Positions 1 through 13,745 of a stretch of 64,000 bases of DNA are shown here, in pieces. Position 1 is the first letter of the stretch. Every line of letters starts with the position of its first letter. The DNA comes from Lama glama (Eukaryota). A model generated the notes under the pieces. It was not told the DNA's origin, ran no database searches, and saw nothing but the letters and a program-made list of their open reading frames with translations. The DNA lies in contig CM052832.1 of the NCBI GenBank assembly GCA_028534125.1, positions 6,078,001 through 6,142,000 of the forward strand, read 5' to 3'. A program made the position numbers and the translations under genes.

Positions 1-696
1 CAACTGAAAGAACCTATAAGAATAATCAGAATCATGAAAAAAATCGAGTTATTTGAGTTTCTCCATGTTTCCAAGAATCCACCAAAAACAAACGCAGGCA
101 TACAAAAGACAGTAACTTAATTCTTTTAATAAAATGTTTAAAACTGACAGACTTCTGAAATGTTTTCCCCATGTCATTTCTGAGAACTTATTACATCCCC
201 AGTAATTGTGTTTTTCTTTTGAGCTCTTATCAACAGTATTCATTTCCTTATAAAATTTCATTCTTAAATCTTACTTATCTCATTAACCATTATAAACTGG
301 AAAAACAGCTTATTATTACTCTTATTTCTAACGCTAAATTATTCACTCAACTAACAAACCAAATGTCATTCAAAAGCTTCAAATTCTCTAATAATACCAG
401 TAGGCCAATTGCAGAAAACATTCTATTTAGAAAAAGAAATAAACTTCAAGTTTATTAGATGCAATCCATTAAACTGAGCACTTTTTCCATGAGTAAATAC
501 ACTTGTTACTTAATTACCACTAATTAAGCATCTAATACAAAACTAATCATTAAAGCCAAAATGGTTTATTTACCATTAACAAATCCTAAAATAGTTCAGT
601 TCTTTATGTAATAATTTATACTTGCATAACACTTTTAAAATATTTTCATGTATATTCACCAGATTCACAACAAACCTGCAAGATTTACATTCTAAA

Positions 697-960
697 ACTG
701 CACTGTCCAGCTAGTAACTACCATCCACAGGTGACTACTGAGCACTTGAATTGTGGCAAGTTCAAACTGAGATGTTATATAAATGTAAAATCACACCAGA
801 TTTCAAAGGAAAAAAACGAACACTAATAACTTTTCATACTGACTATGCTGAAATAATGCATTTTCTTTAAAACAACATATCCAAAATACTAAAATAAATT
901 TCACTTGCTCCTATTTATTTTTTAACATGGCTACTAGAAAATTTTTAATTATATATGTAA
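697..960. mobile_element. MER33-like hAT-Charlie DNA transposon relic
   Basis: ctgtccag...gagcacttgaattgtggc...aaatgtaaaatcacaccagatttcaaag...atggctactagaaaatttttaatt resembles the MER33/MER3 consensus. Confidence 0.7.
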
Positions 961-1324
961 TTTATCAATTTAGTATGCGTATGCCTCAAAAAAGCATATA
1001 TACTTGCTTCACAATATCCTTTAAGATGGTATAATTTTACAGTTCAAGCAACATTGCTCAAGTTATTTTAAACAAACTTTTTTGAAGCAAATTAAGCCTT
1101 TATGCCTAAGTTTATATAACATGATAAATTGGAGACTCATAAAGAAATGACTTTCATCTTCAAAATATGTAATTTCCCCTGTATTTACTAGAGCTGTGTA
1201 ACATACAAGGAGTAGGTAACCTGCAGACCCATCCAACAAGGTGTTTAATAACATAGATGGCTGATTCTCTACTAAAAGGACTTAAGAACCTCAATGAGTC
1301 ATACAGAAAGGATTAAAGAGTTTA

Positions 1325-1541
1325 CAGTTGACCCTCGAACAACATGGGGGGTAGGGAGGCCAATCCTCCTCATAGATGATAATTCAAATATTATTTACAG
1401 TTGGTCCTCCAGACCCGAAGCTCCTCATCCACAAATTCAACCAACCGCAGATCCTGTAGTACAGTGGTATTTACTACTGAAAAAAATCTGCATATAAGTG
1501 GACCCGCAAAGTTCATACCCATGTAATTCAATGGTCAACTG
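1325..1541. mobile_element. Tigger2-family non-autonomous DNA transposon (MITE)
   Basis: Terminal inverted repeats cagttgacc.../...ggtcaactg flanked on both sides by TA (1323-1324, 1542-1543), typical of TcMar-Tigger. Confidence 0.85.
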
Positions 1542-4500
1542 TATTTCCAAAAACAAAGTTAGACCCCACCCACCAACATGAAACAGATCCACTTGGCAAC
1601 ATTCCGTTAGCCTGGTTTCAGTGGACATATATCAACACAGTTAAATTTTATATTATTAGTTAGACTGGCCTCCTCTCCCCAATTACTGCAAACTAAAAAC
1701 ATTACTGAATCACAGATTTAGTGGACACACAGCAGGCTGCCAATTTTCTGCCAGTTACTACGGGTATTAAAATTTTTAATAAAATAAAAATAAGTGATGT
1801 GGTCTCTGGCATCCATAAGCTCAGGACAAGTAAGGTTATTACATATGAAACAAAAGAATAACAACGGAATTTTTATTTACATTTTACTTGTATAGAATAC
1901 AAAGAATATAAGGAATTTAGGAATTTAGAGGGAGAAAGAGGTTACCCTGAGATTTAAAATACAGTCTGCATTTCCATTGGACATACGTTCTGAAATTTCT
2001 GAAATTTCGACAGATTTCTTTTCATCATTTAAGGGAATTTTTTTTATTGCTTCACAAAATGCATTTAATAAGAATGGTCTAATTAGTAGGTAAGTAAAAA
2101 CGGAGTCTTCATCTGAAACAGCCTGCACACAGAGCACATGTGCACACACGTACACACTCTCCGAAACAGCAAGGCAAAACACTCACCATGGGGCAATATC
2201 CTGCAGCAGAGCAGGAATTCCAATTAAAATCTAATTTAAAAACCCTGATAGTGAAACACTTCTCTAAGTAAATTAAAAGTTTAAAAAAGAATGAGGAAAA
2301 AAACATGCAGAAGAGTATACATTTGAAAGACCAACTTTAAATGTGTTTCCTAAAACCATTACACTCTACTTTAGCCAAGAATATATGGTCTCAATTTTAC
2401 AACCATATGAACTTCTATACCTATAATCCAAAACGAACAATTTGGCACTTGATTTTTACAATAATCATGACAAATAAATACTCTAGGAATGACACTCTTA
2501 TAGTTCGTAAAGTCAGTCCAGATGTTAAATAAAGTTCTGGCCTTCTGGGTACTGGGGCACTGACTAAGAAGGTTAGGACACTTTCAGTATTTCAGGTAAA
2601 AGGATCTTAAAGATAGCAATTCAAATGCAACTGTGCTTCATTCTAAAGACTCAGTGCCAGGAGTGGGATCTTGGCTGCTGCCAAGTACTCACTATGTCAC
2701 TGGTCAAACTAAGAGAGATGAACAAATCCTGTTTGCCTTGCAATGCAAGAATCTCTATCCTGATCTTCCTTATGCTTCTCCTGTGACATTTTAACATTTC
2801 TGACATTGGAATATAGTCTCTTAATGTACTATATTCCCTCTCTAATTTGGATTTCTAAGGATACACACGTTGAGTTTTATTCCTATCATCTTACTCCTCT
2901 CACAACACTCTCAGCCATCCCAAGTCATGACACTTATCCACAACTGAAGGGAAGGAGACCCAGAAGCATCCACATCAGAATCTCCCAGAGTTGTGTGAAA
3001 TTTTTTTAAAAATCCAGTCAGTTCTAATAATATGCCCAACGCCTACCACTGCTGTAAACTACCTGCAACACCAAAACCTCTATCTGTCCCAGCTCTCCGA
3101 GCTCTGAATACGATATCGAAAGCTCCTTTCCTTGACTATGTGATCTTGTAGTAGAACCTTTCTCTTGATGTTGGTGGTAACAGTTATTGTTATCACATAA
3201 GCATTTTTCTACTAGAAATTCTTAGTGATTAGATGCCACACAGTCACTCTGAGAATTACCTGGACACTGCATCATCAAAACGAAGCTGAGCTAAGTGGCA
3301 CTAAAACAGATACCGGAATTCAGAACCCTATGTTAGTCATGTCTGTTTTGCAAGTCAGTTGAGAAGCAGAATATCATCATGATGGGAAGCATACAAAATT
3401 TTTAACACCAAAAATGCAAGTCTACTGGAGGCCCTGGAAAGGACTGATCTGGTATAAAGAGGCTCTGGGAAAGGAAAAGTCCATAACACTGCCATATCTA
3501 GACAATAGATCAACATTTTAGGCCAGATGTCAATTTACAAATATGAATCTTTTAAAAGCAGAGTTTCTTAATATAGTAAAGGGTCCTTTAAGTGCAAAAT
3601 AGTAAATACGCTTTCAGTTGAATGAAAAGAGTAAGTGAGTAGAACATCCAGGCAACTGAGACCTTCAGAAACCAACAAACAGAAAACAAAAAAGAGGTAA
3701 TGTCAAATTTCTTCCGAAGGAAGTAACATTTAGGAACCCAGAAAGAAAATATCTATCTCACTTGGGGCTAAAATCAAAGTTGCAACTGAAAAATGAAAGC
3801 ATTATGACACAATCTAGGGTCAGAGAAGCCCTAGTAAATTATGAAGGGAATTCTGTCTGCTTAATAGTGGTAATAAATGACTCTGTGAACCACTATGAAC
3901 ATCTATCTAAAATAAACCTAAAAGAAAGCTGTGGTAGTGATGCAGGGGAGTAAGAGGGAGGACTGAAAAGGACTCTACCAAACAACAAACAAACAAACAA
4001 ACAAAAACAAACCCCAAGAAAGGTCTTTCTAATAACTAGCCTAACACCACTACAGTGAAACCATGGGATCAACAATTGGTAGTATTTTCAAGTTTCTTAT
4101 GCCTTACTTACTCATTTATCATTGTACTGGCAGTCATGACTACTTAACACTGCTAAGGGCTGTGTGCTTGTTTCTGAAACAGAAAGGGAATGCTGAAGCT
4201 TTGTAATCTGCTTTGCTTTGGGTCTGAAAGGAGAGGAATAGGTGAAAAAGAAAAGCAGCAAAGAAAAAGCAAGTGTAACAGATCTCTGAGATCAAAAACA
4301 GAGTGTGAGTACTAGACTGTGAGCTGGGAATGTCCTCAAGCATTTATAGACAGAGGATCTCCTTTCACCCCAGCTATCCAGGACCACTTACAGATCCAGC
4401 TACCGATGTAGCCCCAGGCAGGATACATGTGATCTACAGCTTAGGAGCACAGCGTCTTATCAATATTCCTGCTTCGATCATCCTAAACAGCTCCAAGAAC

Positions 4501-5920
4501 CAAGCTCACTTTTTTTCCTGGGAACAAATACCAACCTTGTATCTCTAGTAAGAAATCTGGGCCGTCTGGTTTTGTTTCCCTGTTGCTAGGTCTTCAAGAC
4601 TTACTGCTAAACCCCATTTCCTTCCTTTTCCAAGCTGCCAGTCTGAACCCCTACCTAGTGCCTGCTATGCACCACCACGTCACTCCCACATCAAGCTGGC
4701 CAACTCCACCAGTGTCTGCACATCGCCTTTGGCTATAATTACCCCTCATGCTGACAAGCTAACGATAGGCATACATAGACCTCCATCCAGATTTCCCAGA
4801 CCATTCTGGTCTCTCCATTTAGAAAGACTTAATCCTGCTTGAGGTAACCTGCCTAGTAACTGGATATCAAGTCTGACAATTAAGCAAGTCACAGATCCAT
4901 CACAATGATTATCAATTTACCTAAATTTCAATCACTTCATATTAGCTTTTTTTTCACCCTTCCTTTTCTGACCACAAACTCTTCAGCTATTTCATAATTT
5001 GCACCAGTTTACCTAAGAACTGCTTCTGCAGCTGTCCTATTCTCACCCAAATCAAGAATCATGACATCTCTTTCTTTGCCTAACTTCAAGCTCTTGACAG
5101 GACACCACTTCTTTAAATACGTTAGAAAATTTATCATACTTCAAATGCATTTAATGCGGAGGATATTCCATGATAGGAGGAGAAGGGGAAGAAAGTTACA
5201 GACTACTACTTATAAATAAAAATTTGAAGGTATTTTCAATTGGCAATATGAATGAACCAAAAGCACTTTATTTTTTTAACTTTATCTTAAATGTGTTAAA
5301 ACTTAGATCATCTAATTAAGTTATTATGACATCATTTTACTCTAACCCCCTCCCCCATTTAGAGAGATATATGGCAAACTTCAGCCTCATTTCTATAAGA
5401 AAGTATAAAATACTATGAATATGAATTTTCACCCCAAATATGATTTTATGGAATTATAACTATTCAAAATTTGAAACACTTAAAAAAATCTGGTCATGAG
5501 TAGTTACTAAGAAATACAACTAATTATTAGATTTGTTAGGAATCCAACTTCGAAACAAAAATTTTCTAATATTCCTCTTTCATGCTCTGGATTAGTTTAA
5601 CTGAAGCAAATCCTGAAATTGAAAGATGAGCAACTAGCAAGCAATTTCCATGTCATTACTTATCTGTCTGAATCAAGATTTTCTCCAAACAGTGCAACAA
5701 AGTAAAATAAAGGAATAAATCACTGTATTATAGAAGTGCATATATTATCTCTAAACCAACTGCATATTTCAATCCATTAATTGCTTCATAATTTAAACAT
5801 ATTGACTTATTGTATGTGACCTCATTAAAAAATAGTGTAAACTAAAAAGTTCAAAACCTTATCTAAAATTAAGAGAAACTCAGTCTTTAAAATCCACTCA
5901 ACTTTTCAAAAAAAAAAAAA

Positions 5921-6420
5921 NNNNNNNNNNNNNNNNNNNNNNNNNNNNNNNNNNNNNNNNNNNNNNNNNNNNNNNNNNNNNNNNNNNNNNNNNNNNNNNN
6001 NNNNNNNNNNNNNNNNNNNNNNNNNNNNNNNNNNNNNNNNNNNNNNNNNNNNNNNNNNNNNNNNNNNNNNNNNNNNNNNNNNNNNNNNNNNNNNNNNNNN
6101 NNNNNNNNNNNNNNNNNNNNNNNNNNNNNNNNNNNNNNNNNNNNNNNNNNNNNNNNNNNNNNNNNNNNNNNNNNNNNNNNNNNNNNNNNNNNNNNNNNNN
6201 NNNNNNNNNNNNNNNNNNNNNNNNNNNNNNNNNNNNNNNNNNNNNNNNNNNNNNNNNNNNNNNNNNNNNNNNNNNNNNNNNNNNNNNNNNNNNNNNNNNN
6301 NNNNNNNNNNNNNNNNNNNNNNNNNNNNNNNNNNNNNNNNNNNNNNNNNNNNNNNNNNNNNNNNNNNNNNNNNNNNNNNNNNNNNNNNNNNNNNNNNNNN
6401 NNNNNNNNNNNNNNNNNNNN
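5921..6420. other. Assembly gap (500 N)
   Basis: Run of N. Confidence 1.
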
Positions 6421-7837
6421 CTCTTTTCTTGCGTTCAGATTCCTTCCCTCCTACTTCTCTCCCAAACTGGAAAACATCATAATGATCTCCCTTTTAAATC
6501 ACAGATTCCATACCTGTGACTTAAAAGCGAGATTGTTTCTGTGTTGTTCAGTCTCTGAGGTTGCTGTCAAAGGCAGGCAGTTCATTCAATACTGTCACCT
6601 AGGCTGCACTTCAGACTTTGTGTACAGAATGGCACTGATACCATTGCATCCAAAGTTGAGGGCAGGACTCCAGAAATATTTCTGCACTGAAAAGTTGAGC
6701 GTTTTGCATTGTTTCCCATAAAGTAACCCAATCATTAATGCTGTTTTCCATTTTGTAAGTCTTCTCAAGAGGAGATTTTAAGAAGACATGGCTTGAAAAA
6801 CTGTGTGTGTGTCTGTGTGTTAATTTTAATGTTAGGCAAACAAACAACATGGATTGAGCAAGCCCAGACTTGCTGTGGCAAATACTCAGAAATTTCCAAA
6901 AATGCACTTCAGTTGTTACTAAGGCCTCTTAAAACCATCCAATCTATTATTCATCCCCTCGTCTGCCCTCCCACTGTTTGAGAAACATTTTGGCCAAAGT
7001 CATTTCTTTCATTTTCCTGTCTCCTTTTATATTATTTTCAAGTTACTGTTTTACAGATGACTTATTTATCTTGGCTGTGGTGGTTCCCAAACATCAGAAG
7101 GCTTATGTTTATGCACTGACATCCTCTGGGACTCCACAAAGTGACTGCTTCCATCGGGTTCAATATTCCTCCTTTCCATACCCCTGCGTTTCTAGAAGAC
7201 TTTTCACAAGGTGCCTGGAGTCAGTGCACTTTCCTGCAATTTCACCTTGAAATGAATTAGGGCTTGAAAACAGTCGTTCACAGGAAACAAGCAAGAGAGC
7301 TATCTGTCGACGGCATGATTGGAATAATTAAAAATTAGACTGGCTTTAAAAGATCGTTTCCTTCCAGCCTTTTGTAATTTTTTAAAAACAAATTCAGAAG
7401 ATAGAGTATTTGAAGTTTGGTTGCAAGTTGGGTAGGTGCACGGAGGTCCCCCATCTGCCGTGTGACAGGGGATGGCTTGTCCCGGTTACGTCCTTAGGTT
7501 CACAGCCCTGGCAGAAGAGGGTGGTGATCGGTCTTTGACAGCTACACCTGAAAATATGAAATACGACTAGGCGAGGGCTAATTTTATACAACCACCTTAA
7601 CGATTCACTCCTTAGTAAATGCTGTCCAATTATGACCACTGCTGCCTCCCTGCCCAACTCATAAACGGAGACTGAGAAGAGAGAGCTTGTCTGAAATCAT
7701 TGTAAGAAAAATTAGTTCAGGAAGATCAAGCTGGGCTGGATAGAAGGGTCAGGAAAGTCTACAAGGAAAGACCTGGTCTGTGTCCTAAAAAATGGACCAG
7801 GACTGGATCAGAGAGAGGAGGCATTGAAGAAGGGCAT

Positions 7838-8044
7838 TCTGTACTAATTACTATATATAAAATAGATACACAAGTTTCTGTGTGTATAACATGGGGAACT
7901 GTATTCAATATCTTGTAGTAACCTGCAATGAAAGAGAATATGAAAAGGAATACACGTATGTGTGTGTATGACTGAAACGTGATGCTGTGCACCAGAAATT
8001 GGCACCACATCGTAAACTGACTATATTTGAATAAGAAACAAGAA
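7838..8044 (+). mobile_element. 5'-truncated L1 3' end (artiodactyl type)
   Basis: L1 3' UTR motif ...ttcaatatcttgtagtaacc...gtaaactgactatat plus A-rich tail; TSD aagaagggcat at 7827-7837 and 8045-8055. Confidence 0.85.
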
Positions 8045-11000
8045 AAGAAGGGCATCCCGGGAGTTAGGTGAGTTATGATCTGAGCCACTTCCCTTGCTAA
8101 CTGTACTGAGAGGCGGCAATCAGACTATGTCTAAGGTCAGGAGGCTCCCTTGGGATTTCGGTTATGAAGACAGATCAGAAAGCAGAAGGAGCAGGTCTGG
8201 GTGGTTTCCATTCCCTATTTCCCCTCAGTTTACCTGTCTTTCTGGGCACCTGGAGGGTGACAGGTGGGCACCACTTAACTACCTACCAGATAGGAAGTGA
8301 GAAAGAGAACCCGGCTTTGACCTGCAGTCAGGTTAAGCGGCACGTGCCGCTCCCTCCGCCTCCTGAGCCCAGCTGGGCTCTGCCTCTCCGAGCTGGCCCC
8401 AGCCCCGGAACCCTGACCCAACATCACAAACTAACAGCGCAGCTCTGTCACTGACGTCGTAGGGACGTTCCTGGTACGGCCTGTCATTTAAAATGAAATA
8501 AATGGAACCTGATTTTCTCACATCTGGATACAGCATTGGATGCAGGAGTCTGAAAATCTGATTCAAGTCCAGGTTAACTGGATTTTCTAGATTTGTGGCT
8601 CAGCCTTCTAGGGTCTTGGTTTTCTATCTCTAAAATGATTACGACGCCCGCCTCCCTCCCATGAGATCTGCTGCGGCTGTCTTTAACAAAGCTAGTATTT
8701 CTGTAATTACTTGAACAATATCTGTCTTCTCACTTGGACTATAGGCTTCATAAGGCATGGACAGTCTGTCCTGTTCTCTGTTGAACCTTCCCATTGTAAC
8801 AGGGTGCTTTGCACACAGCAGGGACTCAACAGACATTTGTTAAATCAATGCATCAGTGAATATCACCTCATATTCCCAAGGAAGCTGAACTCAAAATGGC
8901 CATGTCACCACAGATGGGTGACAACACGGGCTCCTCGACACACAAGTCACAGAACAGCCCATACTCTGATTTCACGCTATTCTTTATGTCACAGGCTGGG
9001 TCACCACTGCATCTTTGAAACTGAACTGTACACCCTCACAGGTCCCTGGGTGTTTTGTGAATGTTTATCTCACCGGGGAAGTTTCCTCATCTACCTTTAG
9101 AAGTTCTCCAGGGCCACAGTCTGCTGTCATAGTTCATGCTTCTTTGCAAAAAACACACATCCAAAGTCCCTTTCATGTGTACATAATCCATCCTCTGCCA
9201 TGAACTGGAGCATGGAATTATATTAGCTTGGTCCAGGAACATTTGATCAAAAGTATTCCTCTGACTCCCATAACTTGTCCCTCCTTAAAAGTTCTGAACT
9301 ATACCTTTTGATGTCAAGTTTTAGGATAATAACATTGTCTGAAAGGCAATCTATGTGAACAGGTACTAACGATGAGGCAGTGAGACAAAGTGTTAGGTTT
9401 CTCTTCCCCCCTCTATTTTTTTTTTTTTTGAGTTGGTCTGGTCTTTCCCTAGTCTTCTGTTTGCCTGATCTATGAAATGGGCGTGTGAGCACCACGCCTT
9501 GCCACAGGACTATCACTTGGACGTCAGCAAGCTTCATTAGCTTTATTTGCCCAACCAAAGAGAACACAGGAGAGGTGGAAAGTGCCTTTTAATTATCTGT
9601 CTGCCCACATGCCAGGTGCCACCCACCCAGCTTTCAGACTGAGATTGGCATCAAGCAGACCAGCCACCCAAGGAAACGGGGAACAACAGACACAGAAGGC
9701 AGGAAAGGAGTCCCGGAGAGGCAGCTGAGTACGTGGAGCTCTGGTCCCGGTCCTGCATTTCAGGACCATGGGCTTGGAGGTTAGGGAGACGTGGATTCAA
9801 GTCCCAGGTCAGGGTCTTTGCAAGTTTCTTAAATGTCTGAGCCTACTTCCAAGGTTAAAACAAGGATATATTACCAAGTGTCTAGAGTTTTCGTAAGACT
9901 TAGACATATCGTAACCATATGCCGCGTGGCACCACTCAGCCACCAGTACGTGTCATGTTCCTGACACTCTAGGGAGAGAGATAGAGTCAAGTTTGATAAC
10001 ACCTGTTGTGAGTTCAGGTGGAAGGAAGTAGCCACCTGTTCCCTCACACGCTATAAGAAACTGCTGTCTGCCACTTAGACTAATGGATAGAATTTGAAGA
10101 TGACATTTTTGCTTCAGAAATAGTCTCTTGCCCCCGCCACCCCATCCGTTTCGTGTGTGTGTGTGTGTGTTTTTTTTTTTCCTTGAAACATCTTTTTTAT
10201 TAACTCATCCTTGGTTGTAGCTGAGATTACTGGAGATGAGTTAAAAATGAAATATAGATCCGTGTCGTCCTGATGGGCTTCTCTTCCCGCCCCAGGCACT
10301 GTCCCGATGTTGTCTTCCCCCACACATGTGCTGCTCACAGCAGCACTGACTGTGGGTCCAAACCTGTGGAGGGATGTGCTAGAGCCCAGGTGACCACATG
10401 AACACTTGTATTTGCCCTCCTTGAAAGCTCCCCTCCCCTCTCCACAGAATAGAAGGGTCTATTCTGTGGAAACCCTAAAATATTTTAGAAGAACACACAG
10501 AGATCAATGGAGCAGGAAATGAAGCGGTAGGCATTTTTGGTAAGCCAAGCTGGTGTGACCTCTGTCTTGGGCAGAGCCTTGAAGGACTGACATAGGAAAT
10601 CAGTTCAGGTAAAAATAGGACTTTTAGAAAGGCTAGTGATGGAGAACCCAAATACATAGGAGGAGAGTGGAAAAGTAAAGGAGGAGGAGGGAGGGTTTGC
10701 CATTGGTTTTGCCATTGGTTTTGCCAAGATCTCATCCCATATATTCATTAACAAGCAACCTCGGGCATGTTACCTAACCTAAGTCTTATTTTCCACAGCT
10801 TTAAAGTGGGGATAATGAATACCTACAGTCAATGTTTATTATTGTGATTAAGGAAGATAATGTAGGTGAAGCACCTTGCAGAGCACCCAATACTTAACAG
10901 GTGCTCAGAAATTGCAGTTGCCACCGCCTTTCAATGAATCCTGTCTCATGCAGTGGTGTGTTGGAGTTGGGGTCAGTTTCTTCCCATTTCCTGTTCAGGG

Positions 11001-11599
11001 ATGTTTGAAGTTTGCTGCGTGGGTGTATATACTCCATGGAAATTGGCAAATGCTATCAGTCAGGGCTTCCCCATCTATGCCTCTCCCTAGAAAACGTATT
11101 GAACTTTTACTGGCACATCACTGGGGATTGACCAGGCACTTGAACATCTTTGAGCCTCAATTTCCTCACCTTTCAATGAAGGAGAATAAATACATTCTAC
11201 CCAACTCACAGGGACTTTATGTCAAATAAGATAATGAAAACCTGAAAATGACTAAGAGTAGTGATGATTAAGATTAACATGAACTTAAGACAATGCTAAA
11301 GGCATTGCTTCCAGGGAAGGGCTCTCAGGTCCCAGTTTTTCTGAGTACCTGGGAAATGTAGAAACCAAAAATGTGAGCATCTCAAGTAAAGTAAGCTTGG
11401 CCGACTTCCCTTCTAACTAAATGCACTCAACAAACGTGTGTGCACGAGCCTCTATTCTCGATGCCACGGATGTAACAGGTAAAGATGGAGGCTCTGCCTT
11501 TAGGGGGCTTATGGTGCCAGGGGAGGTAGACTAGTAAACCAGAAATGACAATCCTGAGTGAAAAGTGTGATGAAATGGGTGAGTACAGACTGTTGAAGA

Positions 11600-11905
11600 A
11601 CTTTGTGGTCTAATGCAGCAACCACTACCCGTATGTGACTAAGGAAAGTACTTGAAATGTGATCAGTCCAAATTGACATGTGCTGTAAATGTGAAACACA
11701 CACTAGACTTTGAAGACTTAGTATAAAAAAAAGTTACCTCCTATATAATTTAATTATATTAATTACATCTCAAAATACCAATATTTTAGAAATAGTGGGT
11801 TAAGTGAAATATATTATTAAATTAACGTCACCACTTTCTTTTTACCTTTTTTAGTGTGACTGTTATAAAATTTAAAATGACATCTGTGGCTCACATGTTT
11901 TTATT
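11600..11905. mobile_element. MER33-like DNA transposon relic
   Basis: gtacttgaaatgtg...acacactagactttgaagacttagt...aaaatttaaaatgacatctgtggctcac. Confidence 0.7.
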
Positions 11906-12370
11906 GGCCATTTGTCTATCTTTGGAGAAATATCTATTCAAATTCCTTGCCCATTTAAAAATTATGTTGTTTGTGTTGTTAAATTAGAAGTGCTCTTTAT
12001 TAGCCTGGATACTAGACTCTTAACAGATGAATGATTGGAAAATATTTTCTCTACATCTTTGTGCTTTTTCAATAGTGTCCTTTTTTTCAAGATTGCTTTG
12101 GCTATACTTCTTCCTCAGGATTGTTTTGGCTATTCTGGGTTCGTGCATTTCCATATGAATTTCAGGACCAGTTTGTCCATTTCTCCAAAAACAGCAGTTG
12201 GAATTTTTATAGGGATTGTGGTGAATCTCGGGACTATTGCATCTTAACAGTATTGTCTTCCAATCCATGAAGATTTATTTAGGTCTTCTTTAATTTTTTT
12301 TCTGCAGTGTTTTGTAGTTTTAAGTGTATATGAAAATTTGGTTAAATTGTTGCCTAAGAATTTTATCTTA
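11906..12370 (-). mobile_element. Old L1 (L1M-type) ORF2 fragments
   Basis: ggccatttgtctatctttggagaaatatctattcaaattcc and ttttggctattctggg...ttccatatgaatttcagg; minus-strand translation resembles L1 ORF2 (PRIAKTILRKK). Confidence 0.75.
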
Positions 12371-13609
12371 CTGTGTTGTTTTTGTTGTAAAAGGAACTGT
12401 CACACTGGGTTGATAGTGATTTCATCAAGCCTTGCTTTGATTGCTTCTTCCCCGGATTTCTCTGCGAAGCTACCTGCTTCTGCTGGTATCAAACCCAGCT
12501 TTTAGGCTTCTCTAATTGCTGGCTGATTGCTGTACTATTTTAGACAGTGCTGTGGGTGTTAACTTGCTCTGAAGTCTGATCCAATTAAGTTTGGGCCATT
12601 TGGAGAAGTAGTTTTGGAGGCAAGTCTTTGAGGTTCGTTTGACCCTGGAAGGCTCTCCTTATCTTTCTTCAATTCTTTTTTGGTTAACTAGCTAACTTAA
12701 GGTTTAACTTGCTAATCCAATAGATCTACCAGCCTCCTTTTAATTGTTTACCACCAAAATCTCCATGGTTTTTGAAGGTGACCTTAGACTTGAACTTCCT
12801 CACACTCTATTTCAAATAAAGCCAGTTCCTTTGGGAAAAGCTTTGAGCTTTCTGTTTTTATGGACTGCCTTGACCTCTGGGCATCGTGGAGTCCCTGTTC
12901 TGGAACTGGAAACAGTGGCACACTTCTCTTGGAGTGACAGCCCTGCTTAAAAGGCAGGACACTGGAGAGGGGTGGTAGCCTGGTCCCGTCAGTCCTATTC
13001 TGTGCACCTGAGAGCCCATAATATTAACGATGGTGATCAAGAAAGATAACACACGTATAAGTGACCAGCAGTGCAGCTGTCCTTGCTGCTTCTCCTTTCT
13101 GTCTGCTTTACAGAGATAGCACCAGAATTAGGGAGATAAATATTCAAGATGGACTTTGAAATTTTTGCCAGAAATTATAGCTTGAAGTATCTTTGTAAGA
13201 ATTAGGTATGAATTACCATTATAAGTATTACTATTTATTTGTTTAAATTAGCCAGTGGCTCAGTCAGGGGAGGTAGCATTTCAAAAGAAAATATTTCAGC
13301 AAGGCAAGCTGTCAAGGCTCGTATGAATTATAGCAGAAACTGAAAATAAAAAATTCCTGGACAAAATCTGTAAGTCCTGAAATATGGTCCAAACATTGCC
13401 ATCTGCTCATGAAATCATGGAGAGGCTGTTGGAACTTTCCAGCGCTGGGATGGACTGTCTCCACAAAACTGTCTCTGCAAAAATCTGTGGCACCAGATCT
13501 TCAGGAGAGTTTCCAAGGGAAGAAGGCCACTGGGATGCTTTCACTCTCCTTGTATTATTTTTGCACAGCAATTCTCAAAATTAAAAAAAAAAAAGATTTT
13601 GCCTTTAAA

Positions 13610-13745
13610 AAACATATGACCCAGCAATTCTACTCTTGGGAATGTATCTGAAAAAACCCAAGGCACTACTTCAAAAAGACACCTGCACCCCAATGTTCCT
13701 CACGGTATTATTTGTAATTACCAAGTTAAGGAAGCAACCTAACAT
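13610..13745 (+). mobile_element. L1 ORF2 3' fragment
   Basis: catatgacccagcaattctactcttggg...aagacacctgcaccccaatgttc...ggaagcaacctaa. Confidence 0.75.

Noticed and set aside
1925..2182. 85-aa minus-strand ORF with a protein-like stretch (LNDEKKSVEISEISERMSNGN)
   Set aside because: No recognisable homology, non-ATG start and no convincing splice acceptor.
10694..10727. 12-bp unit (ttttgccattgg) repeated about 2.7 times
   Set aside because: Simple local slippage duplication, with no spacers or array structure.
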